A stretch of DNA of 38,537 nt from Nemertoderma westbladi (taxonomy: Eukaryota > Animalia > Xenacoelomorpha), in the NCBI GenBank assembly GCA_032718475.1, contig JAUCBJ010004501.1, positions 1 through 38,537 on the forward strand. The letters are read 5' to 3'. This document shows, in pieces, positions 1 through 11,372 of this stretch (the first letter of the stretch is position 1; every line of letters begins with the position of its first letter). The position numbers were made by a program, and so were the translations under genes. The notes under the pieces are model-generated. The model made no database searches and had not been told where the DNA came from. It saw only the letters and a program-made list of their open reading frames with translations.

Positions 1-1014
1 AGTACTGGTATGTATATTTATTATGTAAGCTAAGCTAAGAGGTATCTGTCCCTACTGGCAATACTGTTAAATGCTTATATTGCTCTATTGTGATAGAGCC
101 ACCAGTACTATAGTGTATGTATACTGTGCTGTAGTCGTACAGCTCTGCTTACAGTACAAAATGAATTTCTGAAACATCGCAATGGGAAATACACATTAAA
201 ATGTTAACATACAGGTAGTAAAACTGGTATCAGATCCTGAAAACCTCAATATGGGACATTAAGCCTGTTAACCGGTTGATAATGTCTAACTGGTTAATTT
301 GAATTAACCGGTTAATCGGATAACCGCTTCAGATCATCTTAATAAAGATGGGGTGATGGTAACTCCACCTAGTACTCTCAGAATCACTAGATGGAGTCCA
401 ATGGCTCCCCAACTCATTAGAACCGTCTGCTTCTAGTCTATTTGTAAACTCCAAGAAGATCATAATTTTGACAGTTAAAGGGGACCATTACCCAAAATCT
501 ATTGTTTTTATTTATAAAGCTACTATTCTGAAATTTTAACATAATCATCTGTGATTTTTGTCACTTTTAATACAGGTCAGGAGTTTTAAATTTTTTTATA
601 CATTTTCAGGCTTTTATATGTAAAATAACTCATGTGGAAGGAGTATTGTTTTATTATCATGTGGAAGGTAATACCACCTGGGTTGAAGATCTCGGTCCAA
701 GACTTTGGCAAAATCGACCTGGATATGTAGGCAATCTTTTTATATGAAAGTTTCAGCATAACTATTGTTTTTTTCCGTGGTATAGAAAACAGGAGTGCTA
801 AACTAATAAGCTTGAAAGCCGAGTGCTGGAAATATTGGACGGATCCATTGCATTGAATATTGTTGTAATAAATTACGCGCTTATGCAGGGCAGCCTAATA
901 ACGAAAAACATTGGGCAAAGTACCGTGCAATAGCAGCATATTGTATCAGTTAGTGGTTCATTTGTGGGGGATCTTATTAGTGAAATTAGGAAAACAATCG
1001 CAATTACAATGCGT

Positions 1015-3045
1015 TTAAATTTTCATTTTAATCAGTGCAGCAGTTTACACAACGTCGTCACTTTTGGAGTGGGTACGGCTGAACATCGTGGTGTCTCGTA
1101 CGCCATAGGTTCATCAACAGGGTCATTAAGGTAGAAGGTAGTAGATTCCTCTGTCCTTTTTCACAGTTTGGAATCAGACCACCCAATATCATCGTCAGAC
1201 TTTAGAATTATTACCCCTGCTAATCGTTGGCTAGATCTCTCCATAAAAGAAACTCATAAATTAAAGAATATCGACCATTACTTAACATCCAAAAATCATC
1301 CCTTGAATTGCACCTACTGTAGTTTTCCTACCTGGCTACTGCGGTAGGCCTCTTCCATTATTTATAATTTAGGTTAATTTTTCTCCATTATATTATATTT
1401 GTCAGTCTTAACCTTACTTTAGTTAACTTCGAGAATGTCAGAAGCTCCACCTCACCCCAAAGTTCCTCCAATTTAAAACCTCAAATAATCATCTTTGTTC
1501 CTCCTCCAAGTACCGGAAATCTCAATCTAGCCTGCTGAATGCCGAGATACGAATCAAACTCTGATAGAACTTAGTCGTTGAGAACAGTTGGCATTCTCAC
1601 ACCATAAGCTTTCCGAGCCGACTAGTCGGTTCGACTGTAGTCGACTACAGTCAGAAGTCAGTAAACGTACTCAATTATTAGGTAATGTATGGTTGAAGAG
1701 ATACACTATCAAACTTTGTTACTTATGCCGAACCCAGTTGCCTCCGTCGCTGAATCCGGATGAGGTTATTAGGAAGTCATCGAGCTACATCCCCAGTGAT
1801 GTTGAGCGCTCTGCGTTGATGAAAGGTTTACACTTTGCACTACCACCAGAGAAACTAAACCCAAACGAATTCCTTCCAGCGGTTTCATGCGAGATTAAAA
1901 GATATTGCCTTCTCTGGAATTTACAGTTACGTTCCCCCGAACAACACGCCCATGTCCAAAGATGAACTTAGGTCATTGAAGAAACTGAAGAAGAACAATT
2001 CCATCATCATATCCTGATAAAGGTGTTGGTGTGGTGTTGATAGACCAGTCCGAGTACATTCAGAAGATGGACTTAATATTTAAAGGATAGTCGGAAGTTT
2101 ATAGAATTGAAAGGAGAATGGCTTAAAGTTTTACTAACTCGCAAATGTAACAAACGTCGGTACATCTTCGACCTGTGTAAGAAATGCATTATCAACAGAC
2201 TCCGCTATAAACAATATCTAGCCCCGATAGGAAGTAAACCTGGTTTTCTCTACAGCCTCCCCAAAGTGCATAAAACTGATCATTTAAACCAATTATATCT
2301 AGTATAGACACACCGGCATTTAATTTAGCTAAATTCGTTGTTCCACTTATCCACCCTACCACCACTAGTTGTTACACTGTAACAGATACATTTTCATTCG
2401 TTGAAGAACTTAGTAAACTTAATTTTAATAAGAAAGTTTATATGGTATCATTTGATGTAACTCATTATTTACTAATGTCCCGGTGTTAGAGACCATTGAC
2501 ATTATTATTAAGGGTTTTTTTGTACCAAGTAATAACCAACTTTCAATTTTAGATAGTAAAATTGAAAGTTTCGACGCAGGGCAGTTTAAACAATATTGAA
2601 ATTATCGGGGTTAACTAATTGTTTTGCATTTAATGGAAAACTTTACCAACAGACCGACGGTGTGTCCATGGCTTCACCGTTAGGTCCCAGGTTTGTCAAT
2701 GCATTTCTATAGCATAATGAAGTCGGTTGGCTGGATAATTGTCCAATTGAATTCAAACCTTTATTTTACCGTCGCTACATTGATGACAGTTTTTGCGTTT
2801 TTGACAGTGAGTCGCAAGTGGAGCAGTTCTTGAGATACCTTAACTCTAAACATCCAAATATAAAGTTTATGTGCGAAACTGAAAGAAATAGTTCTATCTC
2901 CTTCCTTCATATTTTAATCACTCAGAACAATAATTATTACAGTTTCGGTACTGAAGTTTATCATAAACCAACATATACAGGTTAATATAAGAACTTAATA
3001 GTTATTTGCCTTTTCAAAACAAGTCTAGTCTAGTTTATGCACTTA
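1015..3045 (+). mobile_element. Decayed Penelope-like retroelement (PLE), partial-tandem arrangement
   Basis: Broken frames give PLE motifs: CQKLHLTPKFLQFK (~1436), ERSALMKGLHFALPP, GSKPGFLYSLPKVHK, MVSFDV, YQQTDGVSMASPLGP, YRRYIDD (YIDD 2776-2787), YLNSKHPNIKF, TEVYHKPTYTG. A GIY-YIG-type C-terminal tail (EHRGVS..DFRII..LSIKE / RPLLNIQ..LHLL*) lies upstream at ~1015-1322. Many stops and frameshifts. Confidence 0.85.
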
Positions 3046-3221
3046 GGTAGCTGCCAAAATATACAACAAAATGTTTCGATATAGAAATAATTAGGCCTCA
3101 CATAGAGAAACTACTGCGCTGCTTAAGAGCCAATTAATGGATTTCGATCAACTAGATCAACAATAGCTCAGATATTTGTACCACGGAGTCTAGTAGAGGG
3201 AACTAAGTCATAGAATATCCT

Positions 3222-3335
3222 TATAACTTTTTGTTGGGCAAAGCTTTGCAAAGTCGGCAATGACGTCCACGTGGGATCGAACTGGTGACCTCCGAGTTGG
3301 AAGTCTGTCGCTCTAACCATTCAGCTAACGGCTCA
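3222..3335 (-). mobile_element. tRNA-derived SINE, family A (head and part of body)
   Basis: Minus strand has A box TAGCTGAATGG, a CTTCCAA loop and B box AGTTCGATCCC. The body recurs at 3589-3820 and 38207-38389. Confidence 0.75.
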
Positions 3336-3588
3336 GGTAAAAGGTAGACCTGGAAATACTATCTGATACCTTGTATGTCCGCAATTTACCTCCTCATCGT
3401 CTCCCACCTGTCATACCATCATCTGCTGCCATTGTCCTACAGTACTTGGCCGTCTTTAACCACTCGCTACAATGAAAGGCTAGTGTATATTAACCATGAA
3501 CCATCACGTCCACAATGATTAATTAAACACTCTTGCTACTAATTTAGGTAGGACAGTTACACCCATAGAGAAATGCGACCAGTATAGT

Positions 3589-3820
3589 ATATTTTATAAT
3601 TTATTATTGGTGTTATGGGTGAATGAGTGGCTTCATATTATTATAACTTTTTGTTGGGCACAGCTTTTGCAAAGACGGCAATGACGTCCAGGACTGGTGA
3701 CCTCCGGGTTGGCCAGGTTGGACGTCATTGCAGTCTTTGCAAAATCTGTGCCCAACAAAAAGTTATAATAATATGAAGCCACTCATTCACCCACAACACC
3801 AATAATAAATTATAGAATAT
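3589..3820. repeat. Long palindrome of two inverted family-A SINE bodies
   Basis: Arms 3589-3690 and 3719-3820 (102 bp each) are near-perfect reverse complements with a 28-bp spacer. Confidence 0.95.
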
Positions 3821-4566
3821 CCTGGCAGTCCTGACAGTGGTGGACTTCAAGAAAGCATTCGACTTCATCCATAGATGTAAAATGATGGTAATCTAAAGAC
3901 CTTATGGAATACCAAAATTAATTGTCGCTGGCATTGGATTGTTTTAGAAGAAGCTCAGGTACTCTCACTAGATGGTGAAACTGAGTTATTCTCAATCCTG
4001 GCTGGTGTACTAAAAGGTGATGACACATTGGCTCCAATACTATTCTTAATTTTACAGGATTACGCAATGAGGGCGACCACAAAGGGTGAAGATCTGGGAT
4101 TCACAATACAAGAACGCCGAAGTAGTAGTTATCCATCCGGCAACAACAGTCACAGACACCGAGTTTGCTGATGACATCGCCCTCTGCTCTGTAATACGCT
4201 GGCAGATGCACAGCCTCTACTGATTAACTGATGGAAACTTGACCACAATTGATGGTAATCAACTAAGGAAGGCGTAAGCGAATAGATAAACCAATATAAT
4301 GGCTATAGATAGCAATAACCTTGGATACTATATTGTGTGTAAGATGGGGTTAATTATGGTATGATCGCGTGATTAGTATGAGAGGAGTGTCCTTTTGGAT
4401 ACATACCAGGAAGCTAGTAAACAATGTATGGGGTGTTTTACTGAACAAACACTGTGTAATAGTACTACCAAAAGGCCCAATGTAAAGTGCAACTATAGTT
4501 GGATTGGGTTATTCATAATCAAAGAGTTTATCAAATATTACCTTCCTCTCGGTGATATAACTTTCC

Positions 4567-4835
4567 TGAGAGATACTCGTGACCTACTCGTAGCCATATA
4601 GTATATATGTATGTTATACTGTTCTGTCGGTTGCCTTACTGCATTATACCTAGTTCTTCTTATTGCATACTGATACCTACCATACCGGTATCTGGTATAT
4701 CTGCTATGCAGTCGGCGCCCACCTGACTCCTGACTTATCTATCACATCTATATATGTATTATATTGATTATTATGTTGTGTACATGCTTCAGATAAACTC
4801 TTGTTCTATCTTTCGGCTCACCTCACAACATAGCA
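4567..4835 (+). repeat. 5' LTR (269 bp)
   Basis: Matches 9653-9921 with 4 substitutions by eye; TGAGA...TAGCA. Confidence 0.97.
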
Positions 4836-4850
4836 TGGCGCAGTGTGTAG
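4836..4850 (+). promoter_or_regulatory. Primer-binding site (probably tRNA-Ser)
   Basis: TGGCGCAGTGTGTAG directly after the 5' LTR; complementary to a tRNA 3' end ...CUGCGCCA. tRNA identity is from memory. Confidence 0.8.
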
Positions 4851-4979
4851 TCTGCTACCTCAGCGATACACCCTAACTTCTGAACTTTGCAATACCATTC
4901 TCAATACTGCAATACCATACCATACCGTACTTTACTCAACTGTACACTGGTACACATTTTCTGTATCACCGTATCTGTT

Positions 4980-6096
4980 ATGGCATCCAACTTGGAAGAT
5001 TTACCATCTTTGGCTGACGTTGCTGACGCCCCACGGGATCAACTCCGGGAGTGGGCCACACAGTTCAGCATCAGCGTCGACGCCAAGACGAACACAGATT
5101 CTATGCGTTGCATAATTATGAAATTTGTCCGCGAACATACCGTGTCCGACATCACCTCCAACCCCGGCGTGGAGGAAGTTTACCGAACCGTGGAAGGCGA
5201 TTCCGTCGCTGTGTTAATGGGTTTCATCCACGAACAGCAGGCCGCTGCACGCGACCAGCAAAACGCCTTCTTCCAGTTCCTCACGGATCAACAACGCCCA
5301 GCCATACCGGTTCCCGGGCCTGCGCGGCGCTGCCATAGCCCCTGGCCATGGCCCCGCACGCACTGCCGCTGGCGACCACAGGACATCCCGCCGCGTGGAT
5401 TCCTCTTACAAACCCGAACCACTAACAAACGACTATACACTAGCGCAGTTCAAAACCTGGCGAGAACAGTTCGAACGCTTTTATAATGTTAACGACATCC
5501 TCTCTCTCGACCTCACAGCCCAGTTTGTTCACGTTTATGGCTGCATCTCCCGTAAAACTCAGGATGCGATGCGAGTCATCATGCACGTCACCGACACCAT
5601 GACGGTCAACGAAATTCTCGACCAACTCCTCGCTCATTATCGTCGCAAAACCAACGTTGTGTGCCGCCGTGTGGAGTTTACCCGCACTAAACAGTCTCAG
5701 GGCAAATCCTTTGATGACTACTATGTCCACTTGTCCGACTTACAGAGTAATTCCGAACCCTGTAACCATTGCTCGGAACAGCAACTTATGACCCAAATTA
5801 TTTCCGGCATCAACGATGACGAACTCAGGGAGAAAATATTCGAACAGTACGATGACCCCACCCTGGACGATGTTCTTAAGGTTTGTCGAGCCCGGGAACA
5901 ATCACGCTGCGATGCTACTGGTGCAGTCTCCAAAACATTGAAAGTTTCTGGCCCTGGAAATTCTACATCCGGATGGAAACATGCAACAGATTCAGAACAG
6001 CACCGCGGTCGATCAACCTCCAACCCACGGTACCGAGGCCCACGCCACAAACAAAGACGGAGTCCCTCCGCTCCCCGCTCCAACCAGCGAATGTAA
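4980..6096 (+). pseudogene. Gypsy gag, frameshifted near 5330-5395
   Basis: ATG at 4980 (MASNLEDL). The capsid-like part in another frame reads FKTWREQFERF..RRVEFTRTKQSQGKSFDDY..QIISGINDDELREKI..PTLDDVLKVCRARE. Confidence 0.8.
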
Positions 6097-9000
6097 AGCG
6101 AATGAACCTTATGAACGGCGAAAATCTTGTCAAAAGTGTTACTCAGCCCACAAACGGAGTCAGTGCCCGCATCGATCCAGTACCTGTCACGCTTGTGGTA
6201 TACAAGGTCACATAGCTCCTGTTTGCGGTAAGAAACAGTCCGCTACCTCGACCTCCACGACTCCTAAACCTGTCCCTCGGTCGCATCCAACTAATGCCTC
6301 CCATAATAGCTATATTGCAACCGATCTTGAGGATGGAAACATAAACAACAATAATGCATTCATTTATGCTGTTTCATCGAAACCACCCAGGATACGCGTC
6401 TCTGTCTCCTGCCATGATGCAACCTTTTTCATAAATTCATCAGTAGTTGATACTGGGGCGGATGACACCATAATTTCGAATTATATTGTCGAAACCCATG
6501 GTTTAACCCAGTATATCAACCCCAATGACGTCATACCGCTGTTAGCTGCAAATAAAACACCAATGGAATGTCTTGGTTCCATTTCAATTAATATAATTTA
6601 CTATGAATGTTGTATACCCACCGTTGCATATGTTACCTCCGATTTCGATGGGTTTCTAATGTCATACATTGTATGTAAACAGCACGGACTATTAGCCCCA
6701 GAATTTCCAATTCCTGGCTATATAACCGCTCAACGAGGGAACCTGCTTACTGTGTCAACCCCGCCGCCAATCACGGACAACACACCTATAAAAACTATCG
6801 AAAACACCCACCAACAGCTTGTTTGCGAATTCAATGACGTGTTTGCCGGGAGTTCACCTAAAGTCGAACTGCCCACCATGTCTGGTGACCCTATGCATAT
6901 CTACATGAAAAAGGAATACGAGGCGTACGCAGTCCACTCCGCTCGCCCCATACCATTTGCTTACCACGAGGAAATCAAAGAAAACCTCAATCAGATGGAA
7001 TTAAAGGGAGTTATTTCAAAAGTGGACTACCCAACTGAGTTCGTTAGTCCCCTGGTCGTGACAACGAAAAAGAACGGTAAATTACGTATGTGCGTCGACC
7101 ATACACGGTTGAATATTCATATACACCGACCAGTTCATCCCTTTCCGTCACCCCGCGATGTAGTATTCTCAATTCCCCATGGAATGCGCTACTTTTCCAA
7201 ATTTGATGCACCCATGGGTACTGGCAAATACCTCTTGACGAGGACAGCCAACCTCTCACTACATTCCTGACCCCATATGGACGCTATATGTATCTTCGCG
7301 CACCGATGGGTCTATCATGCTCCGGGGATGAATATTGCCATCGAGGCGATGCTGCACTCGAGGGCCTAACAAATAGTAGAAAAATTGTAGACGACATCAT
7401 CATTTATACAACAACGTTTGACGAACACGTCGCTATTGTTTCGGAACTTTTAACCCGATGTCGTAACGCTTCAATAACTCTAAACCCTGACAAAATCGTT
7501 TTTGCGCAGCCAAGTGTTGAGTTTGCTGGCTATATTGTTGGCCACACTGGTGTCGAAGCTGATCCCAGCCGGGTATCAGCCATCTCAGCATTCCCCATCC
7601 CAACAAACATCTATGAGCTCCGCTCATTTTTTGGTTTAATTAACCAACTCGGTGAGTTCTCCAATGAAATTGCCGCCGTTGCCACTCCCTTACGACCGCG
7701 GTTGCAAACTCGCAACTCATTTCTCTGGTTGGACGTGCACACCGCTACCTTTAATGCCATTAAAGCTGCTTTGGTCTCGACACCAGTGCTTCAACCTTTT
7801 AACCCTGCGTTGCCCACCATCCTTCGCACGGACGCATCTCGTCTCCAAGGCTTAGGATATGTGTTGCTGCAAAATCACAACGCTGATCTCAACTCACCTC
7901 CGAGCTGGCGTCTCATTCAATGTGGCTCTCATTTCACAACTAATACCAAATTGCGCTACGCTATATATGAGCTTGAATTACTTGCTGTCGTATGGGCTGC
8001 ATCAAAGTGCAAGTTATATCTCCAAGGCCTCACACACTTTGACATCGAAGTTGACCACAAACCATTAATTCCTATCCTCAACAGGTTCACCCTCGACCTC
8101 ATTGAGAACCCCCATCTCCAACGCCTCCGCGAGAAACTTGCCCCATATACGTTTACTGCTAAATGGGTCCCAGGAGAGGACAATCACTCAGCCGACGCTC
8201 TCTCACGAGCTCCTACCTCCGATCCGCAACCCAGTGATGAAGTATTATTCCAAGATGACCACCACACAGCCGTCATCCAATGAGTCAGTGCTATAGATGA
8301 TGAATCAGTCGCCGACGGACATCCCAGTCATGACCCTGCTCTCGACATCATCATCAATGCTGCTAAAACAGACATCCCCTGCCAGGATCTGTACCATTAC
8401 CTTGCCAATGGTAAAGACACTGACGACATACCGAAACAGTCAGTCCATCAATATAAAAGTATACTACCAGAACTGTCAATTGACGGCAACCTCATTCTAT
8501 ATGGAGCCAGGATCATTATCCCGAGTTCCATTCGTCGTGAAATCCTTAAGCGGTTACATGCCTCGCATCAAGGCATTGTTCGTACCAAGCGTCGCGCGCG
8601 CCAGGCGTTCTACTGGCCCGGCATGAATTCCGACATCAAAAACACTGTCGAGTCATGTGACTCGTGTCAACTATACCAACGTAGTCAACCACATGAGGAC
8701 TTAATTTCAACTCCGCTTCCAAATCGACCATTCGAACAATGTTCCGCTGATCTGTACTCCTACGCATATCAATATTACCTTGTATATGCTGATAGACACA
8801 CTGGTTGGCCCATAGTCGAGGCATACCGCATATGCCCCTCTACACACCACCTTATTGACTCATTTACCCAATACTTCCGGGACTATGGTGCCCCGGTCGA
8901 TCTATCTACAGATGGAGGGCCCCAGTTTACGTCAGAGGAGTTCCGCAACTTCCTCCACAACTGGTCGGTGACACACCGCATCTCCTCACCTGAATATCCA

Positions 9001-9614
9001 TAATCCAATGGCCATGCCGAATCTGCGGTTCATGCCATGAAGGCCCTCGTAAAAAAGTGTCAAACCGCTAATAAACATCTTGATCAACGCGCATTTGCTG
9101 AGGCCATCCTTGAGTGGCAAAACACCCCATCTGCCACTGGTTTGTCCCCTGCGCAGTTACTCTATGGACGTTCAATGCGATCCCGCGTGCCAGTACACCC
9201 TGCTTCCTTTGCCGCAAAGCCGACCACCGATTCTGTTATTCGAGCTGGTATCCTTAAACAGGACATGGCTGATCATTATAACCTATCTGCACATCCCCTC
9301 CCACCGCTTACTCTCAGTGAGACGGTCCATCTACAAAGTCAAAGGACACGCCTGTGGGACCGCACTGGCACTATCGTGGGAAAATCGGGTTCCGCCGCTT
9401 CGAAATCCTTCTCTCGAATGGGCGCAAACTCATACGCAACCGTCGATACCTCCGTCGCTTTGTCGGAGCACGCAACTCTCCTTCCACACCGTCCAATCTG
9501 GACACACCTCGTGGATCCCCACCCAAACGCAACATTACATTCGATGACGAGGTGAGGTCAAAAATCATCCCGCGACGATCTCCCAGACTGAAAGGGGGAG
9601 ATGAGAGGTACTGA
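6090..9614 (+). pseudogene. Gypsy nucleocapsid plus pol (protease, RT, RNase H, integrase), disrupted
   Basis: Double Zn knuckle CQKCYSAHKRSQC..CHACGIQGHIAPVC; protease VDTGAD; RT LRMCVD, APMGL, IVDD; RNase H TDAS, ELELLAVVWA, DHKPL, ADALSR; integrase HASHQG..CDSC, TDGGPQF, SNGHAE. Frameshifts near 7210 and 9385; in-frame stops at 8281 and 9001. Confidence 0.92.
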
Positions 9615-9640
9615 CATATATTCCCAGACTCACTAAAACT

Positions 9641-9652
9641 GAAAGGGGGAGA
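9641..9652 (+). promoter_or_regulatory. Polypurine tract
   Basis: GAAAGGGGGAGA immediately before the 3' LTR; a second copy lies at ~9590-9601. Confidence 0.9.
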
Positions 9653-9921
9653 TGAGAGATACTCATGACCTACTCGTAGCCATATAGTATATATGTATGT
9701 TATACTGTTCTGTCGGTTGCCTTACTGCATTATACCTAGTTCTTCTTATTGCATACTGATACCTACCATACCGGTATCTGGTATATCTGCTATGCAGTCG
9801 GCGCCCACCTGACTGCTGACTTATCTATCACATCTAAATATGTATTATATTGATTATTATGTTGTGTACATGCTTAAGATAAACTCTTGTTCTATCTTTC
9901 GGCTCACCTCACAACATAGCA
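9653..9921 (+). repeat. 3' LTR (269 bp)
   Basis: Direct repeat of 4567-4835, followed by TSD TTTCC. Confidence 0.97.
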
Positions 9922-10676
9922 TTTCCCTTGGTGTATTTGACGTTTGGCATGACTGGCTTGGCTTTATGCTATTATTACTTATAATTATTAATTATATTAA
10001 TTACATTATTACTTGGCTTTACACTATCCTCCTCAATGTACTTCAGATAGCTTTATTGGTATTTGATCTAATATACAACACAACCACAAAACCATTCTTT
10101 AATTGACACTGCTCTGGGATCCATATCAAAACCTAGACTTGATTTACATGAGTGAGATTGATTAGACATGGGCAGATATTACAATGTAATCACATGCACA
10201 AGAATCGTTGGGGGACTTCGAACTACGAAATTTACTCACTGAAGGTTGACGACTTCCAATGCCTTGGGTCATGGATGGAGAGCAGCAAAAAAGACATTAG
10301 ACATTAGTTAGAAAAGCAAAGGCATGGGTAGGTAGCTCTATAAAAAATGGATACCATCTGGAAATCAGACCTCTCCAGCCACCTGAAGGCCAAGTTCTTT
10401 CGAACCACAGTGGAAAGTGTACTTTTATACGGTGATGAGACCTGGGACACTGGCGAAATGATAGTTGCTACACAAGACTACTAAGGGCAGCCATAAATAT
10501 CAGATGGATGACAGACTCCGAGCTTTATGGTACAATACCACCTGTATCAACCACCCTCCGTGAACGCAGATTAAGATTCAGTGGGCACTGCTAGAGAAGA
10601 AAATATGACGTCATACCAGATCTACTTTTCTGGCAACAAACACAATGAATGCAAAGCCATGGAGGACCGGCTATAA

Positions 10677-10960
10677 AGTAAAGTAAAGTAAAAGCAAATT
10701 TTCTTTGGCCGCTAGGCCAGGGATTATGCACAAAGTCTGACGACTTATTTCCAGTGCGGTCCCCGCAGAACTTTACTCCCCAGAGGAAACTGCAGTACTC
10801 ATTTAGCTACCACTTAAGGATGCAAGGCAGAGATGCTCCCTGTCTGGTCGCTTTAAAGCATTCGTGCTGAAACGAAAACTGCCCTGGCCCATGTTAGGAT
10901 CGAACTCACGACCCACAGGAGATGTGAATTCAATGCAACCACTACACCAAGGTGGAACCA
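10677..10960 (-). mobile_element. tRNA-derived SINE, family B
   Basis: Minus strand has A box TGGTGTAGTGG, B box GAGTTCGATCC, core TAAATGAGTAC and a (TTTAC)n tail. It interrupts the LINE frame GGPAI|TYIDQL with a short ATAA duplication. Confidence 0.8.
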
Positions 10961-11372
10961 ATAACATATATAGACCAGCTTGACAGGGATACTGGACTTG
11001 GGAGAAACGAAATTGCGACAACTATGGAGAATCGGGAAGCCTGGAAGGATCTCATTTCCACTGTCCAAGCTTGCTCGACCTAGTAGTAGTAGTATATTTT
11101 GAGAAAAAGAGTAGCAGTTACAAAATCGGATATAGAAAATCAATAAATTTTACAAAACCAAAACTTACGATTGTAGCCCTGAAGCTGCTGAACATTTACA
11201 TCTGTTTGATGACAATTGAGTGAAAGATAAAAAAGTAGTACAGAAAGTGATGGAAAATTCAAAAATTAAAAAGCTACAAACTGAGAAAAAAGAAGAAGAT
11301 ATACAGAATATCGGTTATATATACTGTTGTTCTTGTTTACCCAAATATTATGGGTATTTTTGGTTTGGTTTT

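Larger units (their letters stand above)
4567..9921 (+). mobile_element. Full-length Ty3/Gypsy LTR retrotransposon (Mag-like), coding region disrupted
   Basis: TG..CA LTRs, TSD TTTCC (4562-4566, 9922-9926), PBS, PPT and gag-PR-RT-RH-INT order. Confidence 0.97.
4273..10240. mobile_element. Diverged solo LTR (parts 4273-4566 and 9922-10240) interrupted by the Gypsy element
   Basis: Flanked by the 5-bp direct repeat GAAGG (4268-4272, 10241-10245) exactly at the LINE break. Ends CGTAAG...TACTCACT. Colinear similarity blocks with the TG..CA element at 22209-22893. Confidence 0.7.
3046..11094 (+). mobile_element. 5'-truncated, decayed RTE-type non-LTR retrotransposon split by three insertions (pieces ~3046-3221, 3812-4272, 10241-10676, 10961-11094)
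   Basis: Pieces join in frame order: VAAKIYNKM, GFRSTRSTIAQI | VVDFKKAFD, YGIP, GVLKGDDTLAP, FADD (4164-4175) | KVDDFQCLGSW, TVESVLLYGDETW | TYIDQLDRDTG..MENREAWK, then a (TAG)n tail at 11081-11094. Confidence 0.85.

Noticed and set aside
268-327. TAACCGGTTA palindromic cluster as a DNA transposon end
   Set aside because: Resembles subterminal motifs, but no TIR pair or TSD was found.
1322-1590. Hammerhead ribozyme in the PLE spacer
   Set aside because: No CTGANGA plus GAAA core with flanking stems found by eye.
3270-3335. Functional tRNA genes (also ~10885-10960, 19420-19500, 30135-30210)
   Set aside because: A and B boxes are present but the cloverleaf stems do not pair, and most run into repeat bodies, so they are treated as SINE heads.
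6085-6100. Programmed gag-pol frameshift
   Set aside because: The shift lies upstream of the Gag zinc knuckles and no slippery heptamer is visible; decay is more likely.
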